Part shown: positions 51,620 through 64,000 of the stretch, in pieces
How the letters are laid out: every line of letters starts with the position of its first letter
Numbering within the stretch: the first letter of the stretch is position 1
NCBI GenBank assembly: GCA_016906335.1
Contig: JADEYG010000012.1
Span: 558,001-622,000, forward strand
Reading direction: 5' to 3'
DNA length: 64,000 nt
From: Novakomyces olei
Taxonomy: Eukaryota
The notes under the pieces: model-generated
Seen by the model: the letters and a program-made list of their open reading frames with translations, nothing else
The model's database searches: none
Told to the model about the DNA's origin: nothing
Translations under genes and position numbers: made by a program

Positions 51620-54600
51620 CTAGCTTAGTACAGAGTATCGGCCGATTGCAGGCCCAGCGTTGCGATCGCTTTCGATACTTGCGACTGTGCCTTCCTGCAG
51701 CAGCCGTTTCAGCTCATCAACTGCTCTCTGTACGGAGACTTGAGTCTCGCCTTCAACTAGCAAATACAATTTCTCTTCACCTGGCTGAGGCGCACGCCCT
51801 GCTGGTATAATCATACCTCTTGTCGTAATCGACGTCCCCGTAGAATCCAAAATCTTTACCTGGTTAGTTCTGTTTGTTACCGCCCACCGGGCACGCTGAG
51901 GAAAGTCGTTTATCTCTACGGCCGCCTGATAGTCACCACGATCGGTTTCCACAATATCGACTGCTAGTGGACGAGCTCCAGGGGCAGGTTTAACGTCTCG
52001 CTGCTTGCCAGCTGCCACCATATCACGAACTTTTGCCAGATTATCGTCAACTGACTCTGTAACTGTCGGATCCACTTCATCCAAATCTCCAGCGGCACTC
52101 TCCTGCTGCTCAACCACTTCGTCTTCAACGCCATACGCTTTACGCTGAATGCTCTCCACCATCTTCCTCTGCTCATCAAACTTTTCCAAGCCTTTGCCCC
52201 CAAAACCGGTTCCAACTGCCCGCTCTTTGCCCTCTCGAACTTTCTGCAAAAACCCATCCGCCAGTGCCTGCAGGGGCTCCGGTACTTGCTGCTTTGATAA
52301 TTTTAATGCCTTCACTATATCCACAGCGTACCGGTCTTGCGCTGGAGTAACAAATGTTACCGCCATACCCGTATTGCCTGCCCGGCCAGTCCGTCCAACC
52401 CGATGCACATAGTCTTCCATATGATTAGGACAGTCGTAGTTGATGACAAGCTTCAGCTGCTTAACGTCCAGGCCTCGGGCGGCCACCGAGGTTGCTACCA
52501 GTATAGGAAAGATGCCGTTTTTAAAATCTGCAATGGTAGAATCCCGATCAAACTGGTCTTTGCCTCCGTGGATAGAGTTGCACGGGTACCCTCGAGCCAT
52601 CAAGTCGCGTAATAAACTATCAGCCGCGTCCTGCCGATCCACAAACACAAGTGTCCTTGCGTCCTCGTCTTCGTTGTAAAGCTCTCCCAACAGTTGGAGC
52701 ATGCGCATAAATTTTGTACGCTCTTCACGAACCTCGACTACTTGCGTAATCTCGGGGGCCACCACACTACGAGCTCCCACCGTTATCTCCACGGGCTTAT
52801 GAAGGATACGCCTGGCCAGTCCTTCCATCTGCTTGGGGAAAGTCGCGGAAAACAAGACTGTCTGCCTATCCGGCCGGACGTTGTTGATGATCTTTGTTAC
52901 CTGTGGCTCAAAGCCAAGGTCAAACATGCGATCTGCCTCGTCCAGTACAATGTACGTAACACGACGCAGATTGGTCACCCGGCCTTGATTAGCGGCCAGC
53001 ACATCAATCATCCGGCCCGGCGTACAGACAACAATCTCAGCTCCACGCTTCAGCTCAGCAATCTGCTCTTTAATAGGGGATCCGCCATAAGCACAAGTGG
53101 CACGTAAGCCCAATGCTTTTACAAAGGGCTTACATTCACGGTGGATCTGTACCGCTAATTCACGTGTGGGCGTCATTATAAGGGCAATAGGGCCCTCCAT
53201 ATTTTCCAGACGTCTTTGATCCTTGATATGACGAAACATTGGCAACAAAAACGCCACCGTTTTACCGCTCCCAGTTTTAGCGACACCGATAACGTCTCTG
53301 CCAGACATTATCGCAGGTAGCGCTTGAGCCTGGATGCTCGTTGGATGCTCGTAACCCAGTTCATGGATTACGTCGAGTACAGTGGAAGGCAGTCCACACT
53401 GAGACCAGTTTTGTATGGGCTTGGGGCAGTTGACGCCTCGGATTTTTATGCCGTCAAGGTACAGCCTCATTGCATCAATATCCGCATCCGACATCTCCGC
53501 CAGCTCGGGAGGTTCTACATAAAAATTGCGTCTAAACGGCTCATACTCGATTTTGGAATGGTCCACCGCAGTCAACTCCTTTTTACGCATCTTCTTTTGT
53601 GCCAGTGAAAGAATATCCTCCGTCTCGGGTTCATCACCAGCCTCGTCGTCCTCTGATTCATTACTTATTACGACTTGATTGGCTCTGGAGACAGTAGGCT
53701 GGTCCATTTCGGCACCGAGAGAGTTCATGTACGCATCTAATGGATCAACATCGTCTTGCGCTGCTTGAACACTCGGTGCCTTCTTATTAGCCTCTTTTTT
53801 ATGAGGATTCTGGCTTGTTGACATTGCTTCTTCTTCCGCATCATTTCCATCAGCGTCTGGGGTGTCATCATCATCATCATCGTCATCGACGCGTTCCATC
53901 GTTTTGCGCATATCAAACTTGAGGCCTTGTTTTTCTTCTTCATCAAACATGAGGCCTCCACCCTTCCGCACTGAATCATTGCCACGGGCAGCAGAGGCGG
54001 AATTAGCATTAGAATTAAGTCCGAACCCAGTAATAACCTTGCGAGAGGCTGTGCCTATTATTAGCTCTGCCGAGTCTTGCAGACACTTACCACTCTCAGG
54101 GACAGAATCTTGTACGCGATTCGGAGATGTCTGGGCCAGGCGACTGGTATCCGCACCGTTTTCTACTATTTTAGAGCTTTCCTCTACTGTTTTAGAGCTT
54201 TCCTCTCGTTTTTTCTTTTTCCATGCCTCTAACCGCTTTAAGCGCGACAACTTTGCGTCATCAAGTTCTCCAGCCGCAGGCGATTGAGGCGACTGTAGAG
54301 CATTTACACGGCCGCTATCGTCGTCCAGCTTTGGCCGTTTTGCCACGGGACTTGAAGATCGCTGTCTCGCAGAAGCCATAGGCTTCCTCAGTGTTCCATC
54401 GTCATTGCGATCAATAGACGAGGATGCTCGGCGTGATAATGGCTCTTTAGGTATATCGTCAGAAGAATCTCGATGACTGGTGCGATCAGTTTTATCGCCG
54501 TACCTTGAAGCAGAAAAAGCTGCTGTGTCTGAGCGGGAATCCCGCTGACGCGATGGAGATCTGTCCAGAGATCTCCTCGAGTCACGGTCTCGTCTTGATC

Positions 54601-54910
54601 TTGGATCCTTGTCCCACCGAGAATCCTCACGGTACCGCTCTCGCCGCCTCTCTCTGTCTCTGTCTCGATCTCGATCTCGTTCACGATCCCGGTCTCTCTC
54701 TCTGTCTCTGTCTGTATCGCGATCTCTGTCTCGGTCTCTGTCTCTTGGACGGTCTCTGTCTCTGTCTCTTACGCGATCTCGTTCCCGTGTTCGTGAACGG
54801 TCCCGTTCTCCGCCACGGTCCTTGTACCGTGCCGAGTCCCGGTCAGAGTGTGTCTCATCTCTACGGCTTACTGCTCGCTTGTCACGATCCCAGGCACGCA
54901 TTCGGCTCAT
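51620..54910 (-). CDS. PRP5: Pre-mRNA splicing DEAD-box helicase Prp5/Prp11 (DDX46)
   Basis: RD/RS-rich N-terminus, DPLDAYM motif, [26 protein letters not shown], and C-terminal [22 protein letters not shown]. Probable 36-nt intron at 54055-54090. Confidence 0.96.
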   Translation of the reverse strand: MSRMRAWDRDKRAVSRRDETHSDRDSARYKDRGGERDRSRTRERDRVRDRDRDRPRDRDRDRDRDTDRDRERDRDRERDRDRDRDRERRRERYREDSRWDKDPRSRRDRDSRRSLDRSPSRQRDSRSDTAAFSASRYGDKTDRTSHRDSSDDIPKEPLSRRASSSIDRNDDGTLRKPMASARQRSSSPVAKRPKLDDDSGRVNALQSPQSPAAGELDDAKLSRLKRLEAWKKKKREESSKTVEESSKIVENGADTSRLAQTSPNRVQDSVPESGKCLQDSAELIIGTASRKVITGFGLNSNANSASAARGNDSVRKGGGLMFDEEEKQGLKFDMRKTMERVDDDDDDDDTPDADGNDAEEEAMSTSQNPHKKEANKKAPSVQAAQDDVDPLDAYMNSLGAEMDQPTVSRANQVVISNESEDDEAGDEPETEDILSLAQKKMRKKELTAVDHSKIEYEPFRRNFYVEPPELAEMSDADIDAMRLYLDGIKIRGVNCPKPIQNWSQCGLPSTVLDVIHELGYEHPTSIQAQALPAIMSGRDVIGVAKTGSGKTVAFLLPMFRHIKDQRRLENMEGPIALIMTPTRELAVQIHRECKPFVKALGLRATCAYGGSPIKEQIAELKRGAEIVVCTPGRMIDVLAANQGRVTNLRRVTYIVLDEADRMFDLGFEPQVTKIINNVRPDRQTVLFSATFPKQMEGLARRILHKPVEITVGARSVVAPEITQVVEVREERTKFMRMLQLLGELYNEDEDARTLVFVDRQDAADSLLRDLMARGYPCNSIHGGKDQFDRDSTIADFKNGIFPILVATSVAARGLDVKQLKLVINYDCPNHMEDYVHRVGRTGRAGNTGMAVTFVTPAQDRYAVDIVKALKLSKQQVPEPLQALADGFLQKVREGKERAVGTGFGGKGLEKFDEQRKMVESIQRKAYGVEDEVVEQQESAAGDLDEVDPTVTESVDDNLAKVRDMVAAGKQRDVKPAPGARPLAVDIVETDRGDYQAAVEINDFPQRARWAVTNRTNQVKILDSTGTSITTRGMIIPAGRAPQPGEEKLYLLVEGETQVSVQRAVDELKRLLQEGTVASIESDRNAGPAIGRYSVLS

Positions 54911-55674
54911 GCTATTTCATGAGCAGCAAAAGACGCAACAGTGAATCAATTTACCTCTATCGACTATTTTATCCAATTTATTATAGATTTTTCTATCGAT
55001 TTTTCTATCCAATATTTTATCGACATTGTTTTATCCATTATTTTATTCATTATTTTATCGATTTTCTATTTATTACCATGCTATTCAGATATGGAATGGC
55101 GCCTCCAAATCTTAATGTCTAAAGTATTACGGTATGAGCGAATAAACTTGCACTATACTGAAGTATACACTGAATCCGTATATTGAGCGTAAAGTCATTT
55201 TGCCGGCAATATACACTGCACTGTCCACAAGTAATGCTTGTGCGTTTATTGTTGTTTTATTACGCATGTGTCGCGAATCATATGGCCGCCTGCTCTCGTA
55301 GACCAATCACATACCCGAATGCTACGTGTTTATTTATATCACATACTCTTTACTCTGCATGAGCTCACGGGCCGCACGTTCTGCTATTTATATAAACGCC
55401 GCATCACTATCAGGGTTTTCTTTCACATTTTTCCTTATAAAGACGACGCTTCCCGTAAAAACGACAAAACAAACGCAGACGCACAACATAAAGAGCGCAA
55501 TTAGTACAAGCATCAAATATCGCGACATACACCCCACACACAAACACGGTATTACTGTTTATTCCGGAAAAGTGTTGACGCGTTGACAACACATAATAAA
55601 GATAAACTAGCACGAGTTTCCTTCCACGTTTCGGTAAAGACCTGCCTTTGTTTTACTTTCCGCGACTAACAGCG

Positions 55675-56457
55675 ATGAAGCCTATGCTTAGAAGAACGAT
55701 TGCTATGAACGGACGTATGGGCTTTTTTAACACATCAACGAGTCAGTTGCCGATGCTGGCCAGACCGAACCTTGCGGCTTCCTTTACCGCCAACCCATCT
55801 CAGCTTTCGCCGCTGGAAACACCGGATTTGCCTGTGGATATCAGAGAGCCAAAGCAACGTAAAACACATGAAGGCCGCGACTTGCTCAAGAAGCCAAAGC
55901 TGTTTGAATTCGAAAAGAATCTCCAGCCAGTGAGTCCTTTTGCCATCTACATTTCAGATGTGAGCAAGGTTCGCCGTGTTGTGCCTAAACGCCGCACAGA
56001 GGAGGACGCGGATATCGGAGTTGTTGCAAAGGAGTACCAGCTTCTAAGTCCTGCTGAGCACGAGGCTCTTGTGCGCCGATCTCAACAGAACCGTGAGCTC
56101 AACGAGCGCCAATTGACGGAGGGAGTGCATAGCCTTTCTCCGGAGGACGTTTATCTCGAAAACGAACGCCGCGTCAAATGGAACCGCCAGAACCCGGGCA
56201 AAAAGCACGTTAAGCCCATCAAGGATAAGCGTGTACCCTCTCGCCCTGCATCCGCTTGGCTTCTTTTCCTGGCCAGCGAGCGGGCCAAAGCCAACCCTAC
56301 CGGTGGTATCCGTGAGCAAAGCGGGTTCGTAAAGCTCACATCGGCCAAATGGCGGGATATGACGGATGATCAAAAACAGTACTTTAAAGAGGAGAGCCGT
56401 AAGCAGAGCGAGTCTTATAAGGAGTTCAAGAACAGAGCTCACCACGTAACCGCTTGA
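55675..56457 (+). CDS. HMG-box protein, probably mitochondrial nucleoid-type (mtHMG1/HmgB-like)
   Basis: Presequence-like N-terminus, a degenerate first HMG box (PVSPFAIY..YQLLSPAE), linker SPEDVYLEN..IKDKRVP, and a canonical box RPASAWLLF..KWRDMTDDQKQYF. Confidence 0.75.
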   Translation: MKPMLRRTIAMNGRMGFFNTSTSQLPMLARPNLAASFTANPSQLSPLETPDLPVDIREPKQRKTHEGRDLLKKPKLFEFEKNLQPVSPFAIYISDVSKVRRVVPKRRTEEDADIGVVAKEYQLLSPAEHEALVRRSQQNRELNERQLTEGVHSLSPEDVYLENERRVKWNRQNPGKKHVKPIKDKRVPSRPASAWLLFLASERAKANPTGGIREQSGFVKLTSAKWRDMTDDQKQYFKEESRKQSESYKEFKNRAHHVTA

Positions 56458-57038
56458 GATGACGTTTGATTGGGACTAGTCTTCCGCTTTTATCTGCTCT
56501 ATTTGCGCTGTTATTTTTGTTTTGGTTCGGCTTTTTGTCTTGTTATGCCTTGATTTTTCACGAGTGAAGTAGGGCTTTTTGAAAAGTCAGACCGCTTAAT
56601 CCTTTTTGCTGCGTGTATTTATATAAAAATAAAAATATTTATATATATTCATATATATATTTTATTTTTATTTTTATATATACTATTTATTTATTGATAT
56701 ATGTGCTCACGCTTTTGTTTCCCTGTACACGGGTTTAGTTTTTCAATGTACATAATATCAGTGCACAGGTAATACATGTTTATCAAACTTGGATCTGTCC
56801 AAACGTAATTACTGTACCTCTCTTGAAACAGAGCTCTATCTTGCAAGAGCCGTATGCCATATTCCGACGATTCATACAGCCAAGGCTTCTACTGCAGTGT
56901 ATAGCACATATATCAAAAAGTCCTTCTATTTAACAACAAAACCGTGGCAAACAGCACCTCGCAAAACCAGCCGATAATTGGCAACTAAAGACTAACAGAA
57001 ACCAGAGACTTTCCTACTAAACACCTCATCCTCTGCAC

Positions 57039-57545
57039 CTACTGCCGTGACCAGTAGACAAGAGCAAAACTCGCTAGCGCTGGGATATCCGCCAAAACGG
57101 TTCGAAAAGCATGAGTACGAAGCCATTTGCGTTGCTGGCTTATATTTACAAGTGTCTCTTCCTCAACGGTGGGCTTTTCATCTGCTGCAATTGCCTTTAT
57201 ATTTGCCGCGACGGCGGGAGCAAAAGCAAAATGGAGCAGTGAGAAGAACATTCCACTAATGCCAGCCCACCATGGCCAAGAGCGAACGGGCAATTCGCTC
57301 ATAGTGTAAAGCGCACCAAAGACGTTGGTTAGTCCAATTGCTACAATGGTAGAAAGGCCAGCTGTTAAATGATGTCGCCACCAAAGTTTCAGTACGGCTG
57401 CGGTACTCTGTGCATCTTCCTCCGAAGCAGCTAGAAAACTGCGAAAAACAGTAGTCTCCACAGCCGCATAAAATACTCCGCAGGTCGCTGAAAGTAAAGG
57501 CACTACTGCGCGATTTGCGCTCAGTCCGACGACGATCACGTCCAT
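57039..57545 (-). CDS. 168-aa integral membrane protein (about 4 TM segments, unknown function)
   Basis: ATG-initiated ORF with hydrophobic segments. The H..F.P and W...H..RT..AD pattern recalls small fungal DUF1772-like membrane proteins. Confidence 0.65.
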   Translation of the reverse strand: MDVIVVGLSANRAVVPLLSATCGVFYAAVETTVFRSFLAASEEDAQSTAAVLKLWWRHHLTAGLSTIVAIGLTNVFGALYTMSELPVRSWPWWAGISGMFFSLLHFAFAPAVAANIKAIAADEKPTVEEETLVNISQQRKWLRTHAFRTVLADIPALASFALVYWSRQ

Positions 57546-57594
57546 TCTAACGTAGATGTGGGGTTTGCCTGTAGACTAATGAGCTGATAATCGA

Positions 57595-57803
<209 letters not shown>

Positions 57804-57834
57804 TAATTATTCGTTTATTCATAATCATGCCCGA

Positions 57835-58376
57835 ATGAGCGAGCACGAGCAGGCGGAGGAGCCATCAGTGACGCAGGTAGCAGACGTCGAAGAAGCTCTT
57901 GCACCAGTCAATTTGTCCGCTAGTATATTGCTTGCTGACGTTGGTCGTGATGCAGGCAAAATATTGGATGACATAAAGGGCAGTTCGCACGGAAAGAGTG
58001 AGAAGTCTTATTCACGTTTGAAGTGTATATCTAATGTTATAGTTCAAATTAGGGTTAAAGCAATTGGCGGAGCTCCTATTCTACGGCAATCTGTATTCCA
58101 GGCAAACGCAAATTCTCGATTTCACGTGATACGCGTGTTTCTTTCGCAGCAACTTCGTTTGAAGCCATCTGATTCTTTGGTAACAAGTGGGACAATACTT
58201 AATACTGACATAAAGTATCTTTATATAAATTCTGCATTTGCGCCAAGTCCGGAAGAACCATTGCACAATCTTTTCCAGGTACTTATAGATTTTTGTATCC
58301 AATGCTTACTAGTCAGTCTTTCCAGGTCGACAACGTTCTCCATGTGAATTACAGCATTACGCCTGCGTTTGGCTAG
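57835..58376 (+). CDS. ATG12: Ubiquitin-like autophagy protein Atg12, 4 exons
   Basis: Introns 57998-58042, 58180-58215 and 58279-58316 give KAIGGAPILRQ, YLYINSAFAPSPEE and C-terminal VNYSITPAFG*. Confidence 0.93.
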
Positions 58377-58582
58377 ATACAGCGTATTAGCTGGCTCTTT
58401 ATTGCTTCTTGCTTTATCAGCGTTTTGGAGTCTGGTCAAAGGGTCAAAGACTTTGGCATCATATTTACTCTTTTTCCACACGCTAAAACAGGGACGCACA
58501 TAATGTGGTGCGTTTTACCACACTCAATAATGAAACAAATGGTACGAAACGCCTGCTTTTTATATGTTCTACATAAATCTGA

Positions 58583-61500
58583 TTATTTCATTCGCTCATA
58601 CATCGCTTCCAACTGCTTGTACGACACTTCTTCCTTTGGCCAGAAATATGTTGCAAACGTCCTGGTCGATTAGCAATCAAACATGTAGTCACCTTACCAT
58701 AAATGCTCTTTGAGTAATTTCCTATCTGCTGGACGATAATTTAGTACTGTATCGTCAATGAACCGGCCGACAATAAGCAGACAGTCTTTGAGCAAATTCA
58801 CCAGTTCTGTCTTTTCCAGTGTCTTTGACTCGCGCTTCAACCGTTTCAAATCTTTTCTTATCGGATGCATGATTTTCTGAAAAATATTAGTAATTTTAGC
58901 TCAAAGCTGTTTATGTATTATTAATTTTAAAATTTATCAAAAGATTTTCCTTCTCTTTTATATTGTATCTCTGTTCTTTTTTTACTCTTCTTTTCCTCTC
59001 CTTTTACTCTCTCTTTCCTCCTTATGTTTCTATGTTGTCACTAACCTTGCAGCCACTATCGTCCATGCTTCCATGATCACCAGAGTAATGCATTGGCTCA
59101 CGCCGAGGGCTAGTATCCCGACCGTGCTCCCTATCAGAATCATGCCGTTGTGGTGCGGGCGAGGAGGTACCCGACCTTGAGAGTTTGTTCCCGTCGCCCA
59201 ATGATTTACGCTTATTCAGACCCTTTCTCTTTTCTAGAGGATTTCCAGAGCTACTTCCCAAAGTGCTAGCGGGCTTGGATCCACCACTGATTGTCTGCTT
59301 CTTTCCTGAACCATCCGACGTTACTTTAGCCGCCGAGTGCTCATCGTTGGAAATGACACTTAGCAGATACTCTCCGCGTCGTACAAGGTGGACGGGTCCC
59401 GGTACGGGTTTCGCTGGCTCTTTCCCATCATGAACATTTTCATTCTCTTTGCCTCCAGCTGCATTAGCACTAACAGCAACAGAAGAAGATTCATTGTTGC
59501 TGCTCGGGGCTTTAGTTTCATGGGAAGAAGTAGGGAAAGACTCTTCCTTTTTCCCAGAAAATTTCTCCATGACTTTAGTAGAGCTGCTATTCTCCTCCAA
59601 AAACATTTTACCCTTCAAATCAAGCCGGGGATCGTCACGGATTGCCGCCCAGGAACCGAAGCCATACTTGTGAATCCCCACAAGTAACATGGCGTCATCG
59701 TGAGCTGTCCAGTGACAAGTCCAGCCATGCACAGATCTCAAGTTTTGGTGAATACGCAGCTTTGTTGGCTCCGCATACGAGGCCAGTAACTTGTGCAAGT
59801 GCCGCAGATCGTTTACCCTCTGCACTAGAGTTTCAGCATTGATATTTCGCACTCCCCTAAACTCTACAAGCACTGCTTTTTTCGGGGGCCGTGGGGCAAT
59901 GCTTGACGGGTTAACAGAAGAAGATTTATCATCAGTCTGTTGCTGCTGTCTGGATTCCGCTTCTGCTTCTCGCGCTTCACGTGCTTCTTTGGCGCATAAA
60001 TCGTACAGCTCTTTAGCTGTTGCCTTAACAACAGCCGGATCCTTTGATGCCAATTCTGCGTCAGTCAAGATCTGGTCCGGCCGGTCATCGACAGGACCAA
60101 ACTTGATCATTGCCCGGTACAGTTGACGAACTGCCTTTTCAGACAAGACATCCTCACGCTCCTGCCGGCGCTTGGCCAGGCTGTTTGATGAGGAAGAACG
60201 ACCCTTCCCACCGGACCTTGGACTATCGTCTGCGCCCAAAAACTTGTCAGAGCGACTGGCATTCTGCCGTCGTTCTGCTTGATCAATTTGGTCCTGCAGA
60301 TACTTGTTTTCCAAATCAATCCGCTCACGCTCTTCAATCTTGTCGCGTTCGCTTTGGGGAATGATATCGTCCCACGTAACATCGGCCTTGTAATCAGTGA
60401 CTTCAAACTGTTTCAAGAAATCTTCACCGCCCATACTGGCACCGCCGAGGTCAGTCGTGGTTACATGATCTTCAGCGTGCTCCAGGACGTCGTCCAGGTT
60501 CAAATCTTCCAGTCGCTTTTGATTATCGTTTGCTTTAAACATGTTTGTTGCACCAAACTTGAGAATAGCACTTAGCTCTTGCTGGCTGATCCTGTCGGCA
60601 TTCGTACTGCGAGACTTATCTGTGACCCCCAATGAAATGATGGCATACTCCAAGATCATTTTACGTCGAGCCCGCTCCAAGATATCTTCCTCTACAGTGT
60701 CCTTTGACAACAGCCTGTACACCATTACATGGTTCTTTTGGCCAATGCGGTGAGCACGCGCCATTGCCTGTAAATCGGCCTGCGGGTTCCAATCGGAATC
60801 AAAGATAATGACGGTATCAGCAGTCATGAGATTGATACCCAGGCCGCCTGCTCTTGTACTGAGCAGGAAAACGAAATCACGGCTGCCTTCTGCATTAAAA
60901 TGATCAATAGCAGCCCGACGAGTAGCAGCGGGCACAGTCCCATCCAATCTTTGGAAGGGATAATTGCGGAGGGAAAGGTAGTCGCCCAGAATGTCCAGCA
61001 TTCTGACCATTTGACTAAAAATTAGGACTCTATGGCCGTCTTTGCGCAGCCTCTGCAGTAACTTGTCCAATAAAACCATCTTTCCACTGTTCATAATCAT
61101 TCCACGCAAAGCATCTTCCCGCACTTGGCCCTGCCCGTAGCTTTGGATCCAATGCTCTTCCGCACCAGGGAAAAGGTACGGATGATTACTGGCTTTTTTC
61201 AGCTCCATTACAATATTCAGCAGACTCAATTGTCCGGGAATGACTCCGTTGCCGGTGAGAGCACGGTAGTTTCGCGTCAATATGTTTTTGTACCAGTGCG
61301 TTTGCATTTCAGACAGCTCGACCCGCAGGATTCTCTCGCTCTTAGATGGAAGGGACTTTTCTACATCTTTCTTGAGGCGACGGAGGATATACGGTTGCAG
61401 TCTTTCCTGCAGAGAACGGATGTACTTTTCTTGTTCCTCATCCGGCGCCTCAAAGTTAATCTCCTGCTGTATATCAAAAGCGCCTGGCATTAAGAAATCC

Positions 61501-63537
61501 ACCAGTGCCGCCAGCTCTTTTATATTATTCTGTAGCGGAGTACCCGTAATCAATAGTCTATTTGCACTCTTGAAGCTGGACAGAGCATCGTACAGTGAAG
61601 ACTCGCTGTTTTTCAGGCGATGTGCTTCATCAATAGCCATGTACTGCCATTTGAAAGTAGAGAGGTAGTTGCGATCTTTTAAAATGTACTCATAAGTCGT
61701 CAGGAGCACATTGAATCTGGTGGCTGGCTTTGCGCCCTCAGTCCAAAACTCGTATTCACGAATACATTCACGAGATGCGGAGTTGCCCAGGTAGCTTACA
61801 ACATTTAAATCCGGTGTCCAAAAGTCAAAGGTCTCTTGCCACGAGGGAACAGTAGACAGCGGCACAACTACAAGAAACGGACCGTTTTGATGAAGCGCGT
61901 GCACCAGGTACGAGAGAAAGGAGACTGTCTGCACCGTTTTGCCCAGACCCATTTCGTCGGCCAGGATTCCATTCTCGTTCTTGGACCACAAATAAGCCAT
62001 CCAGTTTATTCCGGTCATTTGGAAATCTCGAAGCTCTCCGCCCGTAATGTATGAGGGCTGTCGTTCAAGTTTACGAAACTTTGGCCGATGCTGGCCGTTT
62101 GCTCCATAGTTTGTACTCCGACTGGGGGCTATTGTACTCGACCGCCGATCGATGTACCGGTCTATTTCCCTCTGAGCCATTTCGCTAACACTCTCACCGC
62201 TTTCCCACGTACAGCTATCGTAATAGAGCTGTTTCCATTTGACAAGGTACTCCACCTCATTACTATCAAGGACTCTAGATGCAATTATACGATCAACCGT
62301 CTTGTACTCTTCCAATATCTCCTGCCGATGCTCACGCTCTATATCCATGGCTTCAATATCCTCCCGAGTCGTTGATGGGTCCTGCCGTACCTGTTGGTCG
62401 TATAGCAAAACATGCTTGATGTAGTTATCCAGCTTTTTGAATCCACGGTAGCCCGATAAAAACTCATAGTTCTCCCAAGTATTGTGCAGATGCGAATAGC
62501 CCTGCCATTTAACGAGAAAATCGTATGCTATTTTAGGGTTGTCGCCGTCTTCATCACTGGCAATATCCGCTCGCTTACGATGATCCAATACAACGTCTAT
62601 ACCTTCAATAGGCTCGTCGGCAGTTGAGGCCGCTGCTGAACTGCGTTTAGTATAGAGCAGTTCATCGTCTTCCTCATCCGAGCCGTATTCATTTTCCGTG
62701 CTGGCCTCTGCGTTCTCTCTGTAATCTTTTGCACGAGCATTTCGTGTTGAAAATCGCACTTGGTCACTCGTGAAATTGCGCTTCACAGCCACGCCTCTTT
62801 TCGTCTTGCGTTTATTGCGCACTGATCTGTGGTTTCCTCCAAAATCACTTTCGTTATCTTGATCATCGTTCGCATCATCTTCAGACTCGTCGCTCACTGC
62901 GCTTCCATCGAAATCAGCCTCGTCCTCCAGTTTTACGGAATCACGCGCTAGTCTGTTCCTGTGAGCATTATTAGGCCGAGCCTTCTTTTTCGGCCGTGGA
63001 TTATCGTCGGAAGACGCGTCCGACATCTGTAAATTAGTTTCATTTTTCTCGGCACAAGCTCTATCCTGATCCATGCATCCACAAGGGTGAAAGGAATCCT
63101 TACCGGTGTTAAACTTTTTGCAGGAAGACGGGCTCGGCCCTAGAAACGAGTTAGTATACGACGGTAGAGCAGAGCAGCGGCAAATGGCAAATAATTTAAT
63201 AGAGCAAGGAATTGCCATAGACGGCAGGCGCGTCCGGGAAAAAAGGTCTTACAGAACGACGAAGGCCGTAAAGAGCAGGATTGACTTCAGCCTCCGCTAC
63301 TACATCATCATCATCATCTTGAGCGACCAAGTCAGCGGCACCTTCCCTGTCAGATTCGGTTTCTGTGCCGGAATCATTGCGAGTATTGCTCGGCTCTGAA
63401 GGTGTGAACGCCGACGGAGCAGAGGCAGCGACAGCAACAGGGAAAGTTGCAGGGAGAGCCGTATGATTGCTTATAGCAGAGGCAGACTGATCCACATCGT
63501 GAGAATGATCATGAACTGCCGCTGTTGTTGCCTGCAT
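58583..63537 (-). CDS. CHD1: Chromodomain helicase Chd1/Hrp1-Hrp3
   Basis: Tandem chromodomains ([29 protein letters not shown]), [35 protein letters not shown], a SANT/SLIDE region and a spliced C-terminal domain ending [12 protein letters not shown]. Confidence 0.96.
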
Positions 63538-64000
63538 TGCGTGAGAAATCGATGGGTCGATACACACGAGCGACACGCGTCGCGTGTCGCTGCGTTTTCA
63601 CAATATTTGAGCCAAAAACGCTAAATTGCCGGCCGTTACGGTTCCGCGGGGAGAAGGTTAGACAGCGATACGGTCGAGGCGGATTAGCGCAGCAGACGCT
63701 ATTGCTCGCCGAATAATAGCCCAGAATATATAGGGAGCCAGCTGCCTATATATGAAACGATATCCCGAGGCCGTTGACACAGGGTCTGAGATGGAGCACA
63801 AACTCGGGCCGAAAAATAATTGGAAAAAGACCGGCAGGAATTCAGGCTCTGCAAGTCTGAGCACACGGATTATTGGGTGCAGACGTAAACCTGCAGCGTC
63901 GTCTTTCCCTCAAAGTGCTTATCTGCCACTCGACACCCGATTATGGCAGCGTCAGAGAAGTCAGCTAAACACCGGAAGGAAAGTATAGTAATTTGTACTC

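Noticed and set aside
63752-63988. 78-aa ORF at the window end; also short ORFs at 37989-38310
   Set aside because: No recognisable motif; the first could be the start of a neighbouring gene but cannot be supported here.

Overview
Gene-dense fungal nuclear DNA from an ascomycete, most likely Taphrinomycotina. This is inferred from the S. pombe-type Homol E/Homol D promoter at RPL30, short GT-AG introns with the branch point close to the 3' end, and standard CUG=Leu at conserved Dhh1 positions; a complex I gene argues against Schizosaccharomyces itself. About 28 protein genes are recognisable: Med17 (partial), a minimal MYST acetyltransferase, Atg9, Cog6, a coiled-coil + NYN/PIN protein, two mitochondrial carriers, Dhh1, Smc6, a DUF1749 esterase, Pom152, a Cir_N/LENG1-like protein, Amo1/Nup42, ELYS, Mam33, Bdp1, Vps74, NDUFS7, a DUF1264 protein, GGTase-I beta, SmD1, Hpc2, a spastin-like AAA ATPase, PYM, Rpl30, an SVIP-like protein, Prp5, a mitochondrial-type HMG protein, a small membrane protein, Atg12 and Chd1. 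The most striking non-coding feature is ten long, nearly pure A/T microsatellites (about 110-330 bp). They sit in bidirectional promoters, gene ends and introns, never in coding sequence. Other points of interest are a roughly 1.5 kb solo-LTR-like element with 72-bp tandem repeats beside a possibly horizontally acquired esterase, a mini-cluster of three nuclear pore genes, telomere-repeat boxes, several in-frame stop-free introns and a uORF overlapping the ATG12 start. All gene names come from motif recognition by eye; no searches were run.
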